From assembly GCA_002269645.1 (NCBI GenBank), contig NIVC01000928.1, positions 124,001 to 188,000 of the forward strand: a DNA stretch of 64,000 nucleotides. The letters are read 5' to 3'. The stretch comes from Macrostomum lignano. Lineage: Eukaryota. The notes under the pieces were generated by a model. It saw nothing but the letters and a program-made list of their open reading frames with translations, was not told the origin of the DNA and did not search any database. The number at the start of each line of letters is the position of its first letter. Position 1 is the stretch's first letter. Shown one piece after another: positions 1-11,400 of this stretch. A program made the position numbers and the translations under genes.

Positions 1-727
1 TTTGTTGGCAATGAAAATTTGTTTATCTTTGATGCATCTAGAGTTAAAATTTAAAGTCGGTTGCATTGCGTGCCAGTACAGACAATTCAGACTGGAGACA
101 ATTTTGTCTATGGCTAAACCTGCGTCGGTGGCAGAATGCTTTGAACTGGGGTTTGTTTCTATTGATTTTCTGTAAGCGTTGCCCCAGTCTGAATTGTCTG
201 AATTGAATTTCTGCTAGTTTTTTTAGAACTGGACTTTGGTCAAAATTAGAGGTGAAAAGGTGTAATATTATAATATATTAAGCCTATTGAGCCTATTTTT
301 AGGGATTACAGTCATTTCGGTGACAAGACGTTTTAGTGACAAGCAAGTCATTTTGGTGACAAGAAAAATCCCTTTGGTGATGTCCATTTTGTTTTTCAAC
401 AGTAAATTACCTTGCAACTCTTAAGGGATATCAAACCCTAACTTTTTAATAATTTTCTGAAATGGTTAAGTAATTAGCTAATTGCTTAACTACTAATTGC
501 TTAATTATTGCTTATTGCTTATTATTATTAGACCTTAATCATATGAAAATAGAATGAAGTGGGCCTAAGCATTTAAAAAATATATTTATAGATCAAATTA
601 GGTCTAACTCTAAGGCTAAGCCTAAGCCTAAGGTTTAGTTTAATCACAATAATTTTTTTAAATCAGTTTTTAAGCTAAGGTGTGCCTTTTATTAGTCTAG
701 GTTAAGGCTAGTCTATACCTACCATAG

Positions 728-1258
728 GGGTGCCAGTCATTTCGTCTACTGACAGTTTGTCTGCTGAGCAGACGAAAAGTTTTCTCTTTTTGGGGTGGGA
801 AGCTGCCCAACCCGCAACTTCTTTATTCATTAACATTGTTAAACTGCTGTAGGGATGGTTGATCTCTTCAAAATGAATATCTTCAAAATATGTCATGTGT
901 GGATTATAGTGCCTACTGGAAATTTTGTCAATTTAAATAATTTTGAATAACTATTCGCCGATATTTTATCTTTTTCAAATTTTTAGCAGTTTCCTTTACT
1001 GTTTTAAGTTAGGCCTAAACTTTCTTATTTTAAGTGATTGTAAAATAGTTTGTTAAAATTATAAAAGACCAGGCTATATGCAGCACTGTATAACAATGTT
1101 AATGGACAAAGGCAGCTCCCCTAGTCCCTCAGCTCCCTAGCCCCCTACCCCTACTCTTTATCCCCACCCCATTTCCCAGCAAACAAACAGTTTTAGAAGG
1201 AAATGGTGTTTCATCTACTCAGCAGATGAACTGTCAGCAGACAAATGAACTAGAAACC
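728..1258. mobile_element. Non-autonomous Mutator(MULE)-like MITE, diverged
   Basis: Imperfect ~50-bp terminal inverted repeats (728-778 GGGTGCCAGTCATTTCGTCTACTGACAG...; 1209-1258 reverse complement GGTTTCTAGTTCATTTGTCTGCTGACAG...) flanked by an exact 9-bp direct repeat CTACCATAG (719-727, 1259-1267). A 9-bp TSD with G-starting long TIRs is typical of MULEs. Confidence 0.7.
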
Positions 1259-1708
1259 CTACCATAGCTACACAAAGCTACATGATTGCACTAGGCCTAA
1301 CATAAATTTTATATTAGGCCTATTAGTAGGAGCTAGTAGGGTTAGGCCTACCTATGACTATATTTAATATATATTATGAAATAAAGGTTGGACAGGATTG
1401 AAATCTTTGGGCAAGATTTGGATTGGGAATAATTTTTTTTTAGGATTGGGATTCGGGAATTGGGATCAATACTTTTAATATATTGTAGCTCGTAGGTCTA
1501 TATAAAGTTAAACAAAATTGAGCAAAAATGTCAAGATCAAAAATTAAAATATGTTGTAGGGCTCTTTTATTATTCTTAAAGTTCTATTTTTGCTACTAAT
1601 GTTGTCAAAGGCTTACTTCTGCAGGTCTATTAAGTTTCTAATGTTGGTAGCTGCTACCAAGACTATTCTATTAATAAATTATGAGTTTATTAACCTTATA
1701 ATAAGTCT

Positions 1709-1889
1709 TGTAAGAAGCGTGAATGTTTTTGCTGTTGTGTGGTTGTTATTGGGTCGGAGTTATTCATCTGCAAATAATCGCGATGTACATTGATTGGTGT
1801 ACATTGCAAATATATAAATCGTTGCGCGTGGCTTTAGCCACTTCGTGTGTTTTTGGTCTCGCTTAACTCTCGCCTTCTCTCAGTTTACA
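1709..1889 (+). repeat. 5' LTR
   Basis: TGTAAGAAGC...CAGTTTACA, direct repeat of 6492-6672; contains a TATATAAA box. Confidence 0.97.
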
Positions 1890-1890
1890 T

Positions 1891-1902
1891 TGGTGGCAGC
1901 GG
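1891..1902 (+). promoter_or_regulatory. Primer-binding site (tRNA-Leu)
   Basis: TGGTGGCAGCGG, starting one base after the 5' LTR, is complementary to CCGCTGCCACCA, the 3' end of eukaryotic tRNA-Leu. Confidence 0.8.
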
Positions 1903-1926
1903 CCTCAGTTGCAAACCGGCTCACTC

Positions 1927-2774
1927 ATGGCGCACGCAAATGCACTTTTACCGCCAAAGTTTTCTGGCTCAGACGATACTGATATCAACATGTGGCTGCA
2001 GATGTTTGAGGACTTTGCAGCAGATTCTGAGTGGAACGACACCAAGATGGCATCCAAGATCAAGCTGCTTCTATCAGGTGAAGCCCTCGTGTTCGTCTGG
2101 GACCTGCCAGCGGCCAAACAGAGCAGCTACAAGACCTTAAAGGACGAACTCGTCAAGTTCTACAGAGGCAAGGATAACACTTTCACTTTTCGCGCTATGT
2201 CTGAGTTCGAGAGCCGGAAGCGACGCCAAGGAGAGTCGCTGAGGGAGCTGTGCTACGCACTCAAGCTTCTGTATCGAAAGGCACGCCCGGAGCACGCTCA
2301 AACGGTGAGAGATTGCGAAGTGCGACACCGACTGCTAGCTCTGCTGCCGACAGAGATCCGTGAGGCTCTGTTGAAAGCTTCGGATTATGACAGCAGCAGT
2401 CCTGAACAGCTGGCAGACCGCGCCACAGCGCTGGAGAGCATCGGCAGCAAAGGAGCCCCGGTAAGCGTCGCAGTGACATCGGTGAGCAGCCAAGTGACTG
2501 ACCGGCTGGAGCAAATGCAAGAGCAGTTGGCGGATCTGGCTGCGACAGTCGCCACCATTGGCAGCCGCGGAGGACAGCGCGGTGGGAGAAGGAATGCAGC
2601 TCGTGGAAGAGGCAGCACCCGTGGAAAATGCTTCAACTGTGCTCAGCCCGGTCATTCGCTGCTCAGTGTCCAGGCAAGCAAGTCGCTCCAGCTGTGCCGT
2701 CTGTGTGCAGCCGCTGCTCAGGCAGAGGACACCGGGCCGAGGTCTGCCCGACCCCGGCTTCGGGAAACTTCTGA
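1927..2774 (+). CDS. gag: Gypsy Gag (capsid plus two CCHC zinc knuckles), one apparent 1-bp deletion at ~2656
   Basis: MAHANALLPPKF... reaches knuckle 1 (CFNCAQPGH) in the frame of ORF 1909..2784. Adding one base at 2656-2657 restores H(F)AAQC and continues to a second knuckle CSRCSGRGHRAEVC (2706-2747), ending SGNF-stop (TGA 2772-2774). Confidence 0.88.
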
Positions 2775-5700
2775 GGACTGGTGAGCGCGGGCCATCACCA
2801 GCCCTGCCTAGCAAGGCCCAAACCGTCTCAATATTTCTGCCCGGCAGCATTGCTGGCCGGCCCTGCAGGTGGCTGTTCGACACTGGCGCACAGGTAACTT
2901 TAGTTTCAGCTGCGCTGCTTCGAGTTCTAGGAGTCGATGCTCAGCTTCATCCTCCTATCAGCACTCCGGTCGGAATCGATGGTCGACGCTTGGAGTCTCC
3001 GGCGAGTGCAACGATAGCGATACAGCTAGAGGGACTGCCATCCGTGGAGCACCAGGTAATGGTGGTTGCCGGGATTCAGCCGGAATGCGTGCTCGGTATG
3101 GACGCCATCGGGAAAATGTGCTCAAGTTTTAGCGTCAATCTCCCGGCGTCTTCTGTCCAGCTGGGGTCAACCAGGATCTCGATCTTGCCGGACAGGAGCT
3201 CCTCGCAGGCCTGCCGAGTGGTGCCCACCGCCGTGATTGCCAGAGTTGCCAGCACCGTGTCCATTCCAGCCCGCAGCCGCGTCATCATCCCAGTCAAAGT
3301 GCCATCGTCTGTCGAGCAGGGTCTATTCGAGCCCAGCTCAGATTTTATCGACAAGACTGGCCTGCTGCCAAACAGGGCTCTGGTGGTCTCCAGCGTAGAC
3401 GGAAATCTCCCAGTGGGCGTCTGCAACGTGAGTGCCGACCCGGTGGTGCTCTACCAGAACCAGGCAATCGGCAACTTCGACGCTGCAGAAGTAAACGGAG
3501 CAGACGGTGAACCTGGTGAAGAGGAAGCTGGCTTTAACATCAACCCGGAGCTGAGCGAGTCGCAGCGCGAGCGCATCGAATCCTTGCTGTGCCAGGCAGA
3601 GCAGGCATTCGCCAGGCACGAGTTTGACCTGGGAACAACACACCTGCTGCAACACGAGATTAATCTGGAACCCGGCAGTCGCCCCATCAAGCATAGGCAA
3701 CGGACCGTTCCCCTGAATTACCGGCAGCAAGTGGACGAGAAAATTAGCGAGATGCGGCGTCACGGGATTATCGAGCCGTCCTGCAGTCCATGGGCGAGTA
3801 ATCTGCTTGTGGTGCGAAAGAAAAACAACGAGATTCGAATCTGCACCGACTGGAGAGCTCTCAACTCGTGCACCGTGAAGGACGCCTACCCGCTGCCTCC
3901 GCTGTCTGCTGCGCTGGACGCGCTCACTGGAAGCAGTTGGTTCAGCACTCTTGACCTCCGCCAAGGGTTCCTGCAGGTTGAGCTGCGAGAGCAAGACCGG
4001 GAGAAGACCGCTTTCTACACCACGCAGGGCCTGATGCAGTACAGGAAACTCGGGTTCGGCCTCTGCAACGCCCCGGCAACCTTTCAGCGCCTGATGGACC
4101 TAACGATGGCCGGCCTGAACTGGACAGAGGTGCTCACGTACATGGACGATCTGATTCTGTTTAGTCAGACCTTCGAGAAGCATGCGGAAACACTGGAACA
4201 GGTCCTGGAAGACTGCAGTCTGCTGGCCTCAAATTGAACAAACGCAAGAGCTACTTCTGCTTCCAGGAGGTTGAGTACCTAGGACACAAAATCTCGGCAG
4301 AAGGCATTCGACCAACTCAGGACAAGGTCAGCGCTATCCAGTCCATCCCGATACCCGAATGCGCTGAGGATGTTCGCCGGCTTGTCGGCATGCTGGGCTT
4401 CTACCGGCGTTTCGTTCCGCACTTCGCCAGCATCGCTAATCCGCTTCATCAGGCGACTCAGAAGAGTCGACAGTTTCAATGGACAACTCAGTGCGATGAC
4501 GCTCTGCGGAAGCTGAAGTCAGCTCTGTCGACACCACCCGTACTGAAGCTGCCTGACTTTTCCAAGGGATTCCGGTTGTGTTGTGACAGCAGCGGAGTGG
4601 CCATCGCCGGCGTCCTGAGCCAGCTCCACGAAGATGCCGAGTGTCCGGTAGCCTACGCGTCGAGAGTCCTGAACAAAGCGGAGCGCAATTATTCGACTAC
4701 CCACAGAGAGCTTCTTGCGGTGGTCTGGGCGATGAAGCATTTCCGGAACTACTTGGCGTCCGCTGGCGAAATTCTCGTCTTCACCGACCACAAGCCGTTG
4801 CAAGGGCTGCTCAACACCAAGGAGCCAGAAGGCCGGCTAGCCAGATGGATTACGTTTCTGCAGGAGATCAACTTCAAGCTGCTCTTCAGACCTGGTCGCG
4901 AAAACGTGGTTGCGGACGCACTGAGCCGAGCAGCGGCGACCCGGCTGCACCCTGCCTGGTCGGACAACGACATCCGTGTAGCGCAGGCTGACGACCCAGT
5001 GCTAGCGGCGGCTCGACAAGTGCTCCTCGGACAAAGGCCAAGACGTGGCAAGGCTGCAGATGACGCAGAACACCTGGTGAGGACAGAGAAGCTGGACCTT
5101 GGTGAAGATGGCGTCCTCAAGAAGAGTGGCCAACCCGTCATCCCGCGGCAGCTTCGCCAGGACCTGCTGCAGCTGCTGCACGACGATCCTGCAAGCGGGC
5201 ACCTCGGAACCGAAAGGACGCTGGCCAGAGTCGTCAGCAGAGCTTGGTGGCCCGGCCTAAAGGACGACGTCCAGCACTGGGTGAGCAGCTGCGAAGTGTG
5301 TCAGCGTCGCAAGGTACCGCATCAGCACCAGAGGGCCCCGCTGCAGAACAACACCGTGCCATCAGCTCCTTGGGAGATGGTGCAGGTGGACATCAAAGGG
5401 CCCCTCCCAGAGACTGAAGCCGGCCTCAGGTACATCATCTGCTTCACGGACGTGTTTTCCAAGTGGGTTGAGGCGACCGCGGTGTCCAACATTGAGGCCC
5501 GGACGGTTGCGGATGCGCTGCTAAGGAGTGTCGTTCTTCGCCACGGAGCGCCCGAAGTCATCCACTCCGATCAGGGTCGTCAGTTTGAAAGTGACATCTT
5601 CCAAGAGCTGTGCCGCCTGCTGGATATTCGCAAGACAAGAACGACACCCTTCCATCCCAGCGGCAACCCTGCAGTCGAGCGGTTCAACCGAACATTAGGC

Positions 5701-6384
5701 GACATGCTGGCGGCGTACTGCATGGAACAGCAGAACAAATGGGCGGACTTCCTGCCGTACGTCATCTGGGCTTACAACTCTTCAGCACACTGCACCACCA
5801 AGAGGTCGCCCTACGCAGTGCTTCACGGATGTGACCCCAGGATCCCGGCAGAGCTCAGTTTACCTGCAGGCGGCGAAAGGAGGCTCGTCACCGACACGCT
5901 GGCAGACGCTCGCACCGGCTTGCAGCTCGTGCGGCAGCGCCTGCAGTCGACACAGCGGTCACGGAAGCAGCAGTACGACAAGCGCCAGCACTTCACGCCG
6001 ATCCAAGTCGGGCAGCTGGTGATGCTCAGCAACCCGGCGGTGTTGAAGGGCCAGTCCAAGGCTCTCCGTCGGCGGTGGCTGGGACCGTACCGCGTGCTCG
6101 AGAGGCTGGGCCCCGTCACCTACCGGATCTCAAAACCCGCCGGCCGGAGACGAAGCACGGTGGTGCATCACGACCGGCTCAAGCTGTTCGTGCGCAGGCG
6201 GCCGCAGCCCGCTTCCTGGCAGTCCGCCCCGACTCCGCCCGCTGCAGAGGCCGGCCGACCGCCCAGCCCGGCTGTCGATCCGCGGCTGACCTGGACGGAC
6301 TTGCTGGATGAGCCGACCGCAGTCGGCCCTCGGCGTTCGGCAAGGACTCGAAGACCGCCTGATTTTTATGCTGCGCAAAACTAG
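2762..6384 (+). CDS. pol: Gypsy Pol polyprotein (protease, RT, RNase H, integrase), one apparent 1-bp deletion at ~4211
   Basis: ORFs 2558..4237 and 4234..6384 contain protease LFDTGA, RT LDLRQGF / FGLCNAPATFQ / YMDD, RNase H CDSS...ELLAV, integrase H-H-C-C zinc motif, D,D-35-E core and GPY motif. Adding one base at 4211-4212 restores LE(R)LQSAGLKLN. Confidence 0.95.
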
Positions 6385-6478
6385 TTTACTGGTTCATTTT
6401 TGCTATTCGTGCATTTTTAATTCTCATGGTTTTACTGCCTCTTTTGTCTTTTCGCAGTTTTTTTATTATCCTCAATTT

Positions 6479-6491
6479 AGGGAAGGAGTGA
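6479..6491 (+). promoter_or_regulatory. Polypurine tract
   Basis: AGGGAAGGAGTGA directly 5' of the 3' LTR. Confidence 0.8.
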
Positions 6492-6672
6492 TGTAAGAAG
6501 CGTGAATGTTTTTGCTGTTGTGTGGTTGTTATTGGGTCGGAGTTATTCATCTGCAAATAATCGCGATGTACATTGATTGGTGTACATTGCAAATATATAA
6601 ATCGTTGCGCGTGGCTTTAGCCACTTCGTGTGTTTTTGGTCTCGCTTAACTCTCGCCTTCTCTCAGTTTACA
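6492..6672 (+). repeat. 3' LTR
   Basis: Direct repeat of 1709-1889, followed by the GTCT TSD. Confidence 0.97.
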
Positions 6673-8431
6673 GTCTAATAATATTGTTTCTTAGAATATG
6701 TCTTAGTATTTGATCTGAGTATTTATCTAAGTATAAGTCTGAGTATTTGGTCTATGAATTATTCTTATAATACTATTTGGCCCTCACGAGTATCATTCTT
6801 CTGTTATTCTGGTAGTGTTTCTACTAGTAATTTGGCCTGAGTGGTAAGGGGCCTATATTGGCTTACTGGTATATGTATTGCATATACTTTCCAAGTCATC
6901 CAAGCCTCCAGTTATTCTTAACATATGTCGATTCAGATCTACTTTGTATTCTCTTACTACTTAATACTGCTGCTTCTTAGTAGTATGTACTGTATTTGCT
7001 TCAGTCTACTTTACTCTTACTTTCTAAAAAATTAACACAGGAAAACACCTCTTCAATTATATTTTCTTGGAACTCTTATTCTTTGCTATTAACTGTTTTG
7101 TTAGTGAACTGCAATGTGCGAGATTGTCTTTTCCTCTGCCAAAATTTGCTTCTATTTCTACTATTTTTACTTGTAAATTAAAACAAAACTTGTATTTGTA
7201 AAATATTATGAGAAAATCGTACAATATAACAAATCATTTACTTAGTTTTAGGCATGAATTTGAAAACATTGTTACTTGTAGAAATATAGATTGCCCTGCA
7301 CAAATAAAACAAAATTGATGCAAAGTTTTATAACCAACAAAGTAATAATGTAATGGATGATATGAATGCAAGGTAAAACAAAATATATTCAAGCAATCAC
7401 TAATTCTATAAATTTTTAATCAAAAGACCTATTCCCGATTCTTGTATTTTTTTAGGGTTGGGATTCTAGTCCCGTGGGAATCCAATTCTCCTCAGGATCC
7501 CGAGATTTCAGGATTGGGATTGGAATCCTGTTTGACCTCTATTATGAAATCTTTTTGTACCTATTGGCATTAGTCTAGCTTTTTATGAATCTAAAAAGAG
7601 GCCTATATTTTTCTACTAGGCCTAATATGAATGTTTTTTTTAAGTAAGGTTAAGAGCTTAGATTTAGAAATATTCTTTTATCCTAATTTAAATAAAATTA
7701 ATTAATTTTAATATTTAAATAAATCTTGCTTTGGACTTTGGAGCCTTGGAAACTGAAAGATATAACTTAGCTAGCCTTGGTCTTGGGCCTAATAAAAATA
7801 ACAAGAGATAATAGTAATGTAGCTATAATAGTATAGCTAAGGGAAGGGGAATACAGGGATATATCCCCCCATTTGATGATTTATAAGAAATAAAAATTAG
7901 GTTTTTTTGGAAAAAGACAAAATAAAGTGGCTTAGACTTAACAAAATTGCCAAAAATTGATCTATTTCACTTGTAAATTACTAATAAAATGTTTTAAACA
8001 ATATTTCTACAAATTCCTAGTTCCTAAAATGCCCTTGTCAAGATAGATGTCTGCTGGCTTTATTTTGATTTTAATAAAGTAAAGTTTTTAGCCTAAAAAC
8101 ATTATTTTGGTACTTTCTAAAGGTAATATTTTAAGCAAAAAAATAAATAACTATTTTATTAGTCTATAATTTTGTCCCTAAAAGCTATCCCCTCCTTTTT
8201 AAAATATTAGCTACACCACTGATTTACTATAATATGTATAGATAGCTATTAGGCCTAGTATTAGTTAAATAATTATATTAGACTTTTAGGCTATAGCATA
8301 AAAATGATTATCTTGAACTTTCTATTTAATTGTTTTGAAAAATCAATAAAGAACCTAATTAGAAACCACTTTTACAACTATGTTAATATGAGTAGTTGAA
8401 TTCATTTACTTGCTGTATTTTTTAGTTGCAG

Positions 8432-11400
8432 ATGTCAAACACAACAGGCATGGCTAATTTGAATCTAACTGGTGATGATGGCACAGTGCCAACTGAGGAT
8501 GAGGTTAACCCATGGGAGGTGCACGCCTCATCTGCTACTGGTGTGGACTATGACAAACTTATAAGTGAGTGCACTGCAGTGGATGCTAATTGTCTTCTCC
8601 TCTAAAATTTAATAGAGCCAACTTATAGACGATAGGATACTCATTTTCAGAGATAAAAAGTCTAGAAAACACGGGGATTATTGCTTGGGTTATCAAGGTT
8701 GTCAAATTCCAGATTTGCAGGAAACACACGGATTATTGCTTCAGTTATCAAAGATGTCAAATTCCAGATTTCTAGGAGACACGGGATTATTGCTTAGATT
8801 ATCAGTGCTGTCAAATTCCAAGAAACACGGGGATTATTGCTTGGATTATCAGTGCTGTCAAATTCCAGGAAACACGGGGATTATTGCTTGGGTTATCAGT
8901 GCTGTCAAATTCCAGGAAACACGGGGATTATTGCTTGGATTATCAAAGGTGTCAAATTCCAGATTTCCAGGAAACACGGGGATTATTGCTCAAATATTTT
9001 GCTCCGAATTCCCACCTTGATGCCAGAGCGATTCGGCAGCAGTCCCATTGACTCAGCGCTGCTCAGCAAGTTCGAGACCGCCCTCGGCCAGCCTCCGCAC
9101 TTCCTTCTTCGCCGCGGAATCGTGTTCTCCCACCGGGACATGGACCAGATCCTCGCGCTGCACAGTCAGGGCAAGCCCTTCTTTCTCTATACCGGACGGG
9201 GTCCCTCGTCCGAGGCGATGCACATGGGCCACGTGATTCCCTTCCTGTTCACCAAATGGCTGCAGGAGGCCTTCAACGTGCCGCTGGTGATCCAGATGAC
9301 TGACGATGAGAAATTCCTGTGGAAAGATATCAGCTTGGAGACGGCCAGGAGTTACACTACCGAGAATGCTAAGTGAGAGCGCGGTGGGGAGCGATATTGC
9401 CTTTTGTGCTACTTTTAGTAGCATATAAATCGTATCAGTTATAAAAGCTTTATAAAAAGCTTTAGCTGAGACATCATTAGAATCTCCCTCTACAATCCTT
9501 AGAATCGCCCTCTGTTATCCTTAGAATCGCCCTCTATTATCCTTAGAATCGCCCTCTGTTATCCTTAGAATCGCCCTCTATTATCCTTAGAATCGCCCTC
9601 TATTATCCTTAGAATTGCCTTCTATGATCCTTAGAACCGCCCTCTGTTATCCTTAGAATCACCCTCTGTTATCCTTAGAATCGCCCTCTGTTATCCTTAG
9701 AATCGCCTTCTATTATCCTTAGAATCGCCCTCTGTTATCCTTAGAATCGCCCTCTATTATCCTTAGAATCCCCCTTTATTATCCTCAGAATCGCCCTCTA
9801 TTATCCTCAGAATCGCCCTCTATTATCTTCAGAATCGCCCTCTATGATCCTTAGAACCGCCCTCTGTTATCCTTAGAATCGCCCTCTGTTATCCTTAGAA
9901 TCGCCCTCTGTTATCCTTAGAATCGCCTTCTATTATCCTTAGAATCGCCCTCTGTTATCCTTAGAATCGCCCTCTATTATCCTTAGAATCGCCCTCTATT
10001 ATCCTCAGAATCGCCCTCTATTATCCTCAGAATCGCCCTCTATTATCTTCAGAATCGCCCTCTATTATCCTCAGAATCGCCCTCTATTATTCTCAGAATC
10101 GCCCTCTATTATCCTCAGAATCGCCCTCTATTATCCTCAGAATCGCCCTCTATTATCCTCAGAATCGCCCTCTATTATCCTCAGAATCGCCCTCTATGAT
10201 CCTCAGAATCGCCCTCTGTTATCCTCAGAATCGCCCTCTATGATCCCCAGAATCGCCCTCTATTATCTTCAGAATCGCCCTCTATTATCTTCAGAATCGC
10301 CCTCAATTATCCTCAGAATCGCCCTCTATTATCATCAGAATCGCCCTCTGTTATCCTCAGAATCGCCCTCTATTATCCTCAGAATCGCCCTCTATTATCC
10401 TCAGAATCGCCCTCTATTATCCTTAGAATCGCCCTCTATTATCCTCTGAATCGCCCTCTATTATCCTCAGAATCGCCCTCTGTTATCCTCAGAATCGCCC
10501 TCTGTTATCCTCAGAATCGCCCTCTATGATCCTCAGAATCGCCCTCTGTTATCCTCAGAATCGCCCTCTATGATCCCCAGAATCGCCATCTATTATCTTC
10601 AGAATCGCCCTCGATTATCCTCAGAATCACCCTCTATTATCTTCAGAATCGCCCTCGATTATCCTCAGAATCACCCTCTATTATCCTCAGAATCGCCCTC
10701 TGTTATCCTCAGAATCACCCTCTATTATCCTCAGAATCGCCCTCTGTTATCCTCAGAATCGCCCACTATGATCCTCAGAATCGCCCACTATGATCCTCAG
10801 AATCGCCTTCCCCAAGAATGTAGAATAAAAAAAACAATTTGCTATCAAGTTTGTTGCGCTACTCACAGTAGCACCTAAGCGCATGCATCCCCCAATCCGC
10901 CACTTTCCAGAGACATAATCGCCCTCGGCTTCGACCCCGAGCGCACGTTCATCTTCTCCGACCTGGACTACATCGGCTCGTCCCCGGAGTTCTACCGCAA
11001 CATGTGCCGGGTGCAGAAGGCGGTGACCTTCAACCAGGCCAAAGGCATCTTCGGCTTCACCGAGAGCGACTGCATCGGCAAGATCTCCTTCCCGGCTATC
11101 CAGGCTGCTCCATCGTTCTCGTCTAGTTTTCCCCAGATTTTCAACTCCCGATCGGACATCCCCTGCCTGATCCCGTGCGCCATCGACCAGGATCCCTACT
11201 TCCGCATGACCCGGGACGTGGCTCCGAGAATCGGCTGCCCGAAGCCGGCGCTGCTGCACAGCACCTTCTTCCCTGCGCTGCAGGGCTGCCAGACTAAAAT
11301 GTCCGCTTCGGATGCGAACTCGTCGGTCTTCCTGACCGACACGCCGAAGGCTGTGAAGGACAAGATTAACAAATACGCTTTTAGCGGCGGCGGCGCCACG

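Larger units (their letters stand above)
1709..6672 (+). mobile_element. Full-length Ty3/Gypsy LTR retrotransposon
   Basis: Two 181-bp LTRs (1709-1889, 6492-6672; TG...CA) that read identical by eye, 4-bp TSD GTCT (1705-1708, 6673-6676), PBS after the 5' LTR, PPT before the 3' LTR, and gag followed by pol in PR-RT-RNaseH-IN order. Confidence 0.97.

Noticed and set aside
6385-6491. env-like or extra ORF in the Gypsy element
   Set aside because: Only ~107 bp lie between the pol stop and the 3' LTR.
8685-9026. N-terminal extension of WARS in ORF 8837..9376
   Set aside because: It is the 47-bp intron 1 repeat; the true upstream exon (VNPW...DYDKLI) is at 8432-8564.
10240-10878. ORFs MIPRIALYY...
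   Set aside because: Translations of the 22-bp WARS intron 2 minisatellite.
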